Notes under the pieces: model-generated
The model's database searches: none
The model's input: only the letters and a program-made list of their open reading frames with translations
What the model was told of the DNA's origin: nothing
Part shown: positions 1-11,172 of the stretch, piece by piece
How positions within the stretch are numbered: the stretch's first letter is position 1
How the letters are laid out: every line of letters starts with the position of its first letter
Program-made: the position numbers and the translations under genes
From: Vermamoeba vermiformis
Lineage: Eukaryota
Assembly: GCA_045837725.1 (NCBI GenBank)
Contig: JBEWZL010000091.1
Coordinates: 1 to 64,000, forward strand
DNA length: 64,000 bases
Direction: 5' to 3'

Positions 1-595
1 ATTTCGCAGTCGACTGTAACAATAAAATTACGTTTTTCAACATAGAACGACCACACTTATATCTTAAAGTTATATTTCTGTACAAAGTGGTCCCTGAATT
101 GACGGCAATTGATGCGAAGTGCCGTAACTTTTGGTTGGTAAGCCAGATGCTGGATTTGTTTTTTCTGATCTTCGCATCACAACAAAATTAACGACTAATT
201 CCATCGCGATAAATCATAATATTAATAATAGAGTGCCTCGTAAGCAATTACAAGCACTTTTGAATTATTTTGAATTATTTTTTAAAATTAACGCCTCCGA
301 TCTGTTCGGCCATTGTGCTGCAACTATTCGGGTCGTACTTTCGATTTGTAACACTCTTATTAATACAATCTTATTGATAGGTGTGCGACTTCATATTGAG
401 AAGATTTTGTACAGGCGATTTAGGGGACCCGGACTCTATTGTTTGAGTTTTTTCTGCCATCTTTGTAAACAAATTCCAGTAAATTTCGCACAATAGTGGT
501 GAGTTATTATCACTTTATACATGGCTAATGATTACTCAGTTTATTTTTGATGTGTTAGATCCGAACCACACGCGACCTCGAAAAGTGCCTCGGCA

Positions 596-3533
596 ATGGC
601 CAAAGTAGTAAACCTTGGTGCCACATGCTACATTAGCAGTTCTTTACAGCTATTATTTAGTATTGAAGCTTTCCGTGAGCTTGTTATATCATCAAAACCT
701 ACACACAAACTTGCGATTGAATTTCGACAGATTATCACACTTATGAAGAGTAATAAAACAATTCATATCGAACCATTAACAAGGCTATTGAAAATATCAA
801 AAGCAAGCTACCAAAAAGAACACCGTGATTTACAAGAGTTTCTGCTCAATTTATTGGACAAGTTAACTGAAGACTCTGAGTTCAAGCGAATTATAAAGCA
901 AGTTTTTGGTGGTGCCTTACAACGTAATGGTTCAGAATTAATGGAGCCTTTTATAGGTACAAATGACTGCTGCAACTCGACTTAATTTCAATTGACTTTA
1001 TAATTTAGATATTTCAATTCCAGTTGCCCCCGGCAATGTTGTGGACAGTTTAGTTCAACTTTTCAGCAGTGTACGTAACATTTGCATAAGACTTGGATTT
1101 TAACTTATTCAATGATAAGGACTGGGGTTCACACAAATTTTTGACATTCCCCACTGCATTAGTCCTCCACCTTAAGCGTTTTGATAATCTGGGCAACAAG
1201 AATGAAGCGAAGTTTCACTTCAAGTCAACTCTAGTTATTCCAGCAAAGCTCAGTTGTAGTGGTCATGCAGAGACCTACCAACTCAAATCAATAATAGTGC
1301 ACCAAGGAACTGCTAAACAGGGTCACTACGTAACCTACAGCCTTGCGAACAACCAATGGCTTGAACTCAATGATGCAGTCGTCTCAAAGGTAGTCAAAGT
1401 ATGCCATTTTGCAGGTTCTAACCTCAATGTAGGCTCCCAAAGACTTCATGCAGAGGTTATTTGAGGGAATTGCAAGTGCTTATATCTTAGTGTACTGCAC
1501 ACAGCGTATTTCATCCCCAACCAAGTCCAGACCCACACGAATTATTGGAAATGAATCACAGCAATTTAATGATTTTATGGAATGGGACTCAACATCATGT
1601 CAAAGTGATCCAATAGAGATATCAGATAGTGAATATGAAGCAAACGAAAGTGATGATATGAGTGAATCAATTGAAGAAGATAATGAAGAGACATCAGAAG
1701 TCGCAAGTCCTGCAGCAGTGAAAGAAGGTATTGATTTCTCATTCATTAATCATTTTGATAACCATTACTGGCAGCTAAACTTCAAGCAAAACTGTCTGGG
1801 TGGAAAAACGATGGGAGTAAATTCAAGCCCAAAACTTCTCAACCATTGACAAACCCAGGACCAAAGCACCAGCTCATCTTAACAAAAATTAATGCAATAC
1901 GTCATCAACTGGGAAAGCCAAAACTGTCTTCAACACTACGTGTCACAGAGCTTGACTGTTACTTACTTATGATGAATGACATAATTGAACATATTGAAAA
2001 AACAACAGATGCAAATCTGCACATCAAAGCAGTCGATTTGCGCGCTTATCTTGGTGTTAGAATTGCACAACAATTATTGCCAGGTCATTCTGTTGATGAC
2101 TCTTGGGCCTCCTTTTTGCATTCACGCGCCATGTGGGGCAACAGGTGGATTGCTAAAACAATGCTAAAAGATGAATTCAAGTTTATACACCGGAACAAAA
2201 AGTAAGTTCGTTGTTCACTCACTGTAATGGTTCTTACCTTTGGTCTTAGGTATGATGTGTACTTTGTTTGGGCAGCTCTGAATCAAACCTACTCAGAAAT
2301 ATGGGTGCCATTCAGCCACCTTGCTTTAGATGATAAAGCAAATGCTTGGAAAGGAAGGTCAATTTACAAGATTTACAGATTACGCAAGCCATTCCCTTGG
2401 GCAATGTTAGAATATGTCATTATTGATGAAAGTGGATGGATGTCTGGCTTCATTCCTCGATATGGACTGTTTGCTACCATAACAGACAAGTTCAAGAAAT
2501 GGCGAGAGTTATATCACGCCTTCAAAACAGGTCAACTTTCGCAAAGACCTCTACCATTTAAAACAATGTTTCCACGAGCATCAAAGACAAATTTCGATTT
2601 GGAAAAAGCCGTCAGTTTTTTATTGTCAAGACTCCCTGACAAACAAAGGCACGTTTATGACTTTATTAGAGAACCCACAAATTATGAAGAATGGAACAAT
2701 CTGACAACTCGAAACTTATCACACTATCATGTATTTTGTGACAGAGAGTTTTCCTCACTATGGCAGCACCTGCAAAAGCACAATATTGGATACACTGTTG
2801 GCATTATTGGAACATCACACCCTAACCTGTTTCAAAACAACCTTGCTCATTGTTTACAGCCAGGACAATGGCGCAGCTTAACAAACGACTCAGATATCAT
2901 CATGTCATTCTATGACCCTCAAGGCAAGACCTGTCACTGGGCTAGTAATCGAGGAACAGCAGCCTCAATTTCTGAAAAAGTAATTGATGGAAACAAAAAG
3001 AAAAAGCTTGCATACTCTGCTCCCCACTTGGTGCAACAATATCGGACATACTTCAGTTCTGTGGATAAGCATAACTCCAAAGCCAAGAAGTTTAAGTGGC
3101 CCTACCGGATTCGAAAAGTAACAGAGCGCTTAGTATTTGCAGATTGGGAGCGCTCTGCTCAAGTTCAGGCAGAAACACTCTTCAAAAGACTCACCAACAG
3201 TGATATTCCTGCCAAGAAATTTCTTGCCAATTTAGCGCGCTCCCTGGTAGAGGAATTCCAATCAAAAAGGAAACGAAACTACACAATAGAAGCGTTAGAT
3301 CTTGTGCGCGCCAGTGGAAAGCATAATCCATACACCCACACCTGTGCGTACGAATTTGGCAACTCCAAGCGTTGTTTCTTTTGTCAAACTCAAAAGATAT
3401 CTTCTTCTACACTGTAAGTATGTGTAGGTGTACTTTTGTCAAACTAATTAATTGCCTTAGCTACAAGTGCATTCAGTGCAAAGTTGCCTTACACAAGAAG
3501 TGCTGGAAGAAATTCAAAGGTGTAAATCTTTAA
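596..3533 (+). CDS. Fusion protein (~886 aa): N-terminal ubiquitin-specific protease (peptidase C19), acidic linker, piggyBac-like transposase with C-terminal Cys-rich domain
   Basis: GT-AG exons 596-956, 1009-1070, 1120-1398, 1433-1727, 1775-2201, 2250-3413, 3461-3533 join in frame. USP motifs: NLGATCY, DLQEFL..LLD, LVLHLKRF, IIVHQG...GHY, WLELND, AYILVY. piggyBac motifs: LALDD..WKGR..KIY...KP, HVFCDREF, P.LV..Y.....VD, and CFFC...CIQC.VALHKKC. Alternative last intron 3522-3574 would give ...KGHVTRCGVA* ending at 3601. Confidence 0.85.
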
Positions 3534-3571
3534 GTTTTGTACAAGGAGTTATCAGTTAACTATTGTGTGAA

Positions 3572-3839
3572 TAGCATGTAACACGTTGTGGTGTAGCATG
3601 AGCACGAAAGTGCCTGAGGCGGCTTTGACGCAAAAAACCTCGTGTGTAGGCACTGAGAGTTTGGGGATAGTCAGCTTGCTTCAGATTTATTCACATAATC
3701 ACCTGCTAGGCTAACTGTTAGTAGCATGTAACACGTTGTGGTGTAGCATGAGCACGAAAGTGCCTGAGGCAGCTTTGACGCAAAAAACCTCGTGTGTAGG
3801 CACTGAGAGTTTGGGGATAGTCAGTTTGCTTCAGATTTA
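3572..3839. repeat. Tandem direct duplication: 118-bp copies at 3572-3689 and 3722-3839 (150-bp period)
   Basis: TAGCATGTAACACGTTG...TCAGATTTA occurs twice with two mismatches. Confidence 0.95.
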
Positions 3840-3944
3840 CTCAACAGACGATAGCCTGGGCTACTATTGAGCTTATTTATGAGAAATGGGAGCAGCCATG
3901 TCCAAATTCTGGTACGTCTACCGTGTAGACTTCCAGTTGGTTAA

Positions 3945-5180
3945 GGAATATTTGTAATTGTCAAGCAGGGCCAATAACGAATTCAACACTGGCCATAACA
4001 CCGCTCGAAATTTTTCTAAGAAAACTCCCATGTTATTACTATTCCATCAATATAAAAAATGATCGTGCTGTAATTTAGCGAACAAATACGAAGATTTTTT
4101 TGTCGGATCTGGACTTTTCATAAAATGATCCTTACCATTAATAGAACCACATTGCAAGCAGGCAAACAATTCACATCGATACGCCAATGTGTTCATTAAT
4201 TGCATGCGATTTTCAATCTCCGAGGCTTTTTGTAGCAGCAGATCTGGCACTCCTTGTTCAGCGAGCAAATCCAACAACTCTTCGACTTCAAGTATGTTCC
4301 ATAACCAATCTATAAATATCGATAAGTATTAAAACCGCCAGCTTCGCACTATTAATAGTAATAAAAGAGAAAATAATTCATTTTTAAGCGTAGAAAAATC
4401 GTACGAAATCCGGATTTCGCATGTCTTTCGTCAGAATTGACCAGTGATGTTATCAACGGCAATGCTCCTGCCCGAATAATCTCCATGTGAAGCTCACCTA
4501 TATATAATAGTTATATTAATCATTCATTTGGTCGCTGCGGATCTTCAATGATTTTTTGACGCAGTCATTTTTTCTACATAAGAAAAATAATACTATATTT
4601 TTCTACAGACTTACTTGCTTCGCCAAAATATCTACATGCTGATATTAATGTGTCGCGCAGATCTTTATTCTGCTGAGCTGACTTAATGCCTTCAATTAAT
4701 ATTTTTGGTCCTTCTTTTTGAACGAAGTACGATTTGATGCTTCCTTTTCCATTAATAAATTAATTTATGAGGCTATAAAATATTTTTGTGCGATTTGGAG
4801 TCCAACAAACAAGAACAAGCGAGATCTGTATTTTAAAAATCCAATTGATTGAGAAATTAATTAATTTAATTGATAATAATTTGGCAACCCCTTAAGTATA
4901 CTTACTAACCCTTGCATCTCTAAACGGTAGAAATAACTTGTTTGCTAAATTCACTGCTACTTCTTCTAATTTTGTTTCGTCGGAAGAGGAGCTTAATATT
5001 ACCAAAATATTATCAATATTATCCTTATCTGCTTGAGATAAAGTATAATCAGCCTTCTGCGCTTCCTCCTTCCTATAAAAAGTATTTTCCGAGTTGAATT
5101 TATTCGTTGGAGGCTACAATAACAATAAGAAGCTTCAATGATACAAGACGACAAATTAACTAATAAATATACTCTTTTTC
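3945..5180 (-). pseudogene. Possible degraded spliced gene of unknown function next to the transposon end
   Basis: Minus-strand exon-like segments (PPTNKFNSENTFYRKEEAQKAD..., LLAEQGVPDLLLQKASEIEN...) bounded by GT/AG. No clear start codon, and stops appear near 4040. Confidence 0.3.
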
Positions 5181-5241
5181 GCGTAATTCTTACAAAGGAT
5201 CCGTTTAGGGGAACGAACTCAGAATTTAAAGTTTATTACTT

Positions 5242-7430
5242 TTAAATGTTACTATCGTTGCTCTTATTCGTCCTAGGACTAGACATGAGCCCTCTCGCAC
5301 TCATCGGCTCACTATCATCAGATTTGATCGACGCTGTTTTCGCCGAAGTTCCCATTGGTGTGTTCTGACCGCCTGTTGACCGAGGACCTGTAGTAGCTTT
5401 AGGCGGATGAATTGCCATGATTTGAAGCAAGCTGTAGAAACCAAAGAAGAAAAATCCTACGGACAAATCGCAAGTTAATCTTTTGTAACGACAAGATTGC
5501 ATTGGATCTGATCCCGCAATTATCAACTGTCTAGAATATCGAGTATTACATGCAACAGATTGATTTTAAGTATCAAATGATAAAGTATTATTCGGTTATT
5601 ATTGTTCATTCGCGTTTTCTAAATGAAAGTTGGATCGAGATCGACGTACCAAGAAACCAAAGACAGTAAAATCCCCAAGGAATCCAAAACCAAGGAGACA
5701 ATCCACCAATAGCAGTACCAATTGCCCATAATATCATAATAATGCTTGAGATGTAAATATACTGCGTGGTTTCTCTTAGTCTTCGAATTCTGTTCTCCAT
5801 ATTCGACGCTACGTGGACCATTTTTTTCAAGGCTTTGACCAATCTAACGCCAGTAACTAAGAAAAATATAGCGCATGCTCCATCGAGTATAACATATAAC
5901 GTTCCGACTATAGTCTTGAAAATTGAAATACTGTAGCCAAGTCCTCTAATAACGCCTGATAATAACTCGACGACTAATAGTACTCCAAATGTGCACCAAA
6001 ATGGTATTTTCATCTTTGCCAAAAAATTGTTCAAATTGACATTTGTTTTGCCGATCAGCTCGTGCCTAAAAATAGATCAGAGTTATTACCGACCCTTTGA
6101 TTAGTAATATAGTGTTATATATACCAGTAAAAAGTGATCAATAGTGTTGCCATAAGACTAAAAGGCCAGCTAACGGTGAATAAGACTTGATTGAGCAAGT
6201 ACGGAAATATCCGTTGCGATTGGATCGGATCTACCGTGACAGCAATAATGCGCACTAATAAAATATTAGCTTCACGTATTCTAATAGATTTAGACTTACG
6301 TGTATTAGCTACGATTTCGAAAATCAAGACGAGTTGTGGGATGGATCTTTCGCAGCCTTTTCTCGTAACGAATAAATACAATTTGTACGCTGCGTAACAC
6401 AGAGGCAGACCATTCGTAATGCTCAATATGACTCTGAATACTGTAATCATCGGTGAAGTAAACACTTCAGTCCATAAATTCCGCTCTGTGTGCAATTACT
6501 GTTAAACGACCACATCCGCATTATCCGCAGTTTTGCTTACCATTCGATACTATCTTAACTATCACTTCGGGGTATGTATGGAGATATTCGTATAATTTTA
6601 GCGCTGAAGGGTATGATATCTGCAATGTGCGTAACATTACTTCAGTCGCATCTGGATCGCACAAAAACAACACGTGAGTACTTAATCATTGCCGTTGGTA
6701 TACTTATTTATACCACGTACCTGTTCCATCCCACGCGTACGATGCTAATCCAGGCATGTCAACTATACTCTATCGTTAGAACGTCCCGAAATGTAATCGA
6801 AAAATGACACGTGTCATTTGGCGTGTCAAAAGAATTATCAGAAAAAAAGCTTACCAGGCGAAGAAGATTGCACCGATATGATTGCTAATGGGTTTTTCTG
6901 TATAAACCCACGTGCTGCTTCGGCATCACTTGCGCCTGTTTGCCCGATAAGGATCCTAAAATAGGCAAGTCGTAAGAACAATTATTTCAGAGCGGATTTC
7001 GTTTCCGACTTCATTACCCTTCATTATTATGATAGTATACTTACTTATTTGCTGGTTCAGTATCATTAAATAACGCTAAGCGTCCAACGGCTTCGAAATA
7101 CCAAAGAGGCGGACCAATCTGATCTATCCTCGGCGAATTGAAATACTAGCAAAAAATCTTATTAATAATGCAAAATTATAATTAAATAGATAATTTAGTA
7201 CAGCCTTGGCACTGACCAATTAACCATAAAAAAATGTATGAAGACATACCTGGCCTGCGATTTCAGGAGGCGATACTATTACGAGACTATGTACATGAGC
7301 ATATAAAGTAATACAATCTGGTACGAATTGTTAGTGATTCAACGGCGAGATGTGGTTGTTTCAAACATGAAATCGCTGTCTAACACTTACATAATACAAA
7401 TAAATTAACTATGATATTCTTGATAGCCAT
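5242..7430 (-). CDS. Signal peptide + PA-like extracellular domain + multi-pass (GPCR-like) membrane protein
   Basis: ATG at 7430 with hydrophobic leader. Exon ISYPSALKLYEYL..V.VKI resembles a PA-domain end. ORFs 6115-6495, 5606-6034 and 5242-5526 give ~7 hydrophobic helices and a Ser/Thr-rich tail. Confidence 0.65.
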
Positions 7431-7809
7431 GTCACGATAAAGAATCAAATATTTACAAATCCGCTTCAATCCACAAAAGTTGTCTCGATCGAACTTGCAG
7501 GCAGATCGATGCTCTATCTGATAAATGAGCTTAGCGGTGGTACTTAATAGAGTATTGAAGACAAAAAAAACTTAGGTGTCACGCTGCCAATTCTGGAACG
7601 AACAAAAATCTTGTGTCACAAATAGCCCAGGCTGGCATTGTACCTCAAATATTATTAGACTATTGTAATATTATTATATGGGCATATTTGAATAATCGAA
7701 TAAACCTAAGTCGATCACGTGATTTCATGTATTTCGGGACCGGACTTGACGTGCGATTTTTGATTCCAATTTCAGAGTTGTAACCACAACTGAAACTGTA
7801 GTATTAATA

Positions 7810-8415
7810 ATGTATTTTAAATATATATTGGTTATTTTTGCCTTAATTGGCGCGATTTATTGCGATTGGGAGCTCATCGGAAAATGCAAAAGTAACTCAA
7901 CGAATCCCTTCCACGATTGGGTCGTAGCAAATAATGGCGACTGCGCTGACCTAGGCTACGGACGATTTTCTAAATTTCAATGCGTGGATAGCAATACCGC
8001 GTATGGCTGGAACTGTTGGGATGCTGAATGCACCAAATGCGATCCAAAATATAAATATGAGTTACGTACGTGCGACAACCCCAATGATTTTTACTACGAC
8101 TGCTCCGTCAATATGCCAGATTGGGCAGCACTATTGCAAACTCCGGATTACTTGCTGATCAGCGCTACGATGGACAATTGCAAGTCGAATCATACAGTGA
8201 CTGCTAGTCCGCTTAAAAGATGCTTACCTAATATGTACAACTATCCTTCCGCGATCTACTCGTGCAACGCAACGGATGTGTTCGTTACAGCTTACGAGGA
8301 GGACAATTGCCAAGGACAAGACCATTATCAATACGTAACACCTATTACTTCATGCTCGTCAGATCCGAATGTATTTCAATATTACGAGTGCTTCAGCAAG
8401 CAGACTAGAAAATAA
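7810..8415 (+). CDS. Secreted cysteine-rich protein, single exon, 201 aa
   Basis: Signal peptide MYFKYILVIFALIGAIYC; many Cys in repeated C..(D)..C spacing. Confidence 0.85.
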   Translation: MYFKYILVIFALIGAIYCDWELIGKCKSNSTNPFHDWVVANNGDCADLGYGRFSKFQCVDSNTAYGWNCWDAECTKCDPKYKYELRTCDNPNDFYYDCSVNMPDWAALLQTPDYLLISATMDNCKSNHTVTASPLKRCLPNMYNYPSAIYSCNATDVFVTAYEEDNCQGQDHYQYVTPITSCSSDPNVFQYYECFSKQTRK

Positions 8416-8833
8416 AAATACTAATAATAATTGATTATTATTAGTTTGCGAAAAAACCGTTTCCTATTGCAAAGGTAATTTTTCTATTAATAATATAATT
8501 TTACTAACCTATTCTAGCATTTCGAGGCAGAAATGTAGTGGATGCGGCATGATCTTTGGAACAGCCGCTCAAATCAAGCTCAACCGATGACATTGCGTTC
8601 AAAAGCTTATTCATTAAATATGCTTTTGCTCTGTAAGAGCTAATGACACTAGGTAACGCTTGGACCAAGTTCGGAGACACGTGATCCGTTCATGAACGGT
8701 ACTGCACGAAAAAAAGCCAAATTTTCATGGTGTCGTTATTAAATCACCCTAATTACTGGTATACACCACTTAATCTATATTTATTTTTCATAGAATTCAT
8801 GCGGGAGCTGTAAAGACTTGCCTCAACAACAAA

Positions 8834-10328
8834 ATGACTGTTTCTACCCATAGTTTTGTATCCATTTTAGTATTGCTAGTAATAATTGTAAATAGTGGTA
8901 AGTAGCATCACTTAATCGAGCCATAATTGTTTCGTTCGTTGCAATTTTTCGTTTTCTCAATCCGAATTTTCGAACTATTTTGCCTCACGTAATATTTATA
9001 AACGAGGATTAGTATATTTGTATACTAATATTGATTATTTGTATCAGTAATATGTTTGTCGGAGCTCCCCAACGGTTTCAAATCTGGTAAGAGAGCTGGA
9101 GATAAGCCTGGTGACCATTGGGACTACTCAAACCCCGAGACTTGGGATAAAAAATTTCCGTTATGTGCGCATGGGAAAGATCCAATCAATATTCAATCAC
9201 CAGCCATAATTAACGCAACTATGGTTCCGAACCGCATCCACGATATCGAGCTGGATTATATCACATCTAGGTATGATTACTCAATACCCGCATGTTAAAA
9301 ACACCCGAGATCGTGCTGAAGCTCGAACCACTTCGTGCAGATCCAGCTAAAAAAAAAAGTGCGAAATTTCAACCAATATTTTTAAGATTTCAAACGGCCT
9401 TAATTCGGCTGATCGTTACGACAGTAATGAAATATTAACGTAATTTATGCAGTTACAAAGTGGTTAATAACGGTCACACGCTTCAATTTGAAGAATCGGC
9501 TGGTTCGTACTTAACGATCCTCGATCTCGACTTGTCCTTCGCTCTGTACGTAAAAATCTAAGCTATAATTTCAGATGTACAAATACTAACGCTTAATTCA
9601 GGCAACAAATCCATTTCCATACTCCTTCTGAACACGCGTTTCTCGCACCAGATGAGACAGGAGTTGAACGCTTGTTCTACGCGGATATGGAAGTTCATTT
9701 AGTGCACGCATATGGCATAGGTAAGTACTAATATTGTATACATTATACGATCAATTACTAAGCCTTCCTTAATTTAGCGCCGCGAAAGCATTTAGCTGTA
9801 ATTGCAGTGCTGTTCTATGAAGGCAAAGAAAATGAATTCTTGCGCGATGTGGAACAATTCAGCTTGCCCGATGCAACAGGCGAGACGACGGAAGTGCAAG
9901 ACTTTTACTTGGACTTGTACAAGTTGATCCCCGAGTATAGACGAGATTACTTTTATTACTTGGGCTCGTTGACCACTCCGCCATGCACCGAAGGCGTAAG
10001 TACCTATTATATACTTATATAAGCTGATAAAAAGTAATTATAAGGTCTTAAAATTTGTCTGTGTAGTGGATTCGCATCCGTTACAATAATTTATTAATTT
10101 TATTTCTCCGCTCAGGTACGATGGATCGTCATGCGAGAATGGATCAGCGCGTCAAAAGAACAAATTGAAAAGATTAGAAGTCTCGTTGGCCGCAACACGC
10201 GCCCAGTAGTGAATCGAATTATCGACAACAATCAACGCTTCACCAGCTTTGACTTTGAATACGGACTCAAGAAGCAACAAGACCAAGACGAATATTACTA
10301 CCCTTCGAAGAAGCCAAAGAAGAACTGA
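8834..10328 (+). CDS. Alpha-carbonic anhydrase (secreted)
   Basis: Signal peptide, HWDY...W....PLC..G.DPINI, NNGHTLQ, QIHFH.PSEH, EVHLVH, YYLGSLTTPPCTEGV.W, NTRP. Confidence 0.92.
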
Positions 10329-11172
10329 ATAATAGTTGGACGGCAATAAAAGCTCCTCGAAGCAACGATCCGATCTGGATCTGCTTTACACCTCACCTTA
10401 TTTTCTTGTTTAAGACAGAGTCGAATACGGCTGTTCAGTTTGCTCGTTCCTCCAATGCTTGTTGCGTCGCGCGGCGAAATTCAATAGCGAAAGGGAGGGC
10501 AAATAAGAACCAGTATCACTTTTTTGATTAGTACAATGTAACGTGATGGAACAAGGCAAACATACGTCTCAGTTGCAAACAGCAACAAAACAATTCACAT
10601 AAAATAAGATGTGCGTCAGTTAGAGAACGTGCCCTCGGGTGAACAAATCCGGTGGGACTTTGTTGCTCATCTGCTTTAATTTCAAATTACAAAATTATGT
10701 GCATAATTAGCGATCATTGGCCAGTAAATCGTACGTATAATTTGATTTTTAATAAATTATTAAAAATATTATTCAGATATTTGACCATTTTTTCCCGCCG
10801 CGTTTATCTGGCGTCGGGCTGCTGTTATTTTTACTTTTTGCTATTAAATGTCTCATTAATATTGCAGGCAGTCCTATGTCGAGAAAGAAGGATGACGCAA
10901 CTCGATCCACCACCGATTTGTTTTAACGAACAATGACGCAAATCCAGAGCTGACAACTGCTTGACGTAAAAGACACAAAACTCAGATTCTGGTCCCCTAA
11001 AATGTTGCATCATGCACCCGTATCTCTGTATTTTCCGAATATGGAATGACACGTGCCTACAAGTCCCATGTTCACCACCGGTAAAAAAGTGAGTATTTTC
11101 TCATTACCGTTGATCATTCATTTGACTCTAATATGACACTTGCAATAGCGGTGTCGAGGTAAAATAGAAGAC

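Larger units (their letters stand above)
1..3944 (+). mobile_element. piggyBac-like DNA transposon; left end probably outside the window, putative right end ...GG|TTAA at 3940/3941-3944
   Basis: Encodes a piggyBac-type DDD transposase (next feature). About 400 bp downstream the sequence reads GTCTAC-CGT-GTAGAC-TTCCAGTTGG-TTAA, i.e. GG followed by the canonical TTAA target. No matching left TIR found in 1-600. Confidence 0.7.

Noticed and set aside
131-496. 121-aa ORF upstream of the USP
   Set aside because: Non-ATG start, spans AT-rich intron-like DNA, and splicing into the USP frame creates a stop. Probably 5' UTR.
2300-2440. VIIDES as the first catalytic Asp of the transposase
   Set aside because: The upstream LALDD..WKGR..Y...KP matches the piggyBac first-Asp context better. 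VIIDES fits the later D..GY motif.
10380-11160. Possible extra gene upstream of the ABCG transporter
   Set aside because: Intron-like segments exist (e.g. 11089-11148) but all frames close quickly. More likely a spliced 5' UTR.
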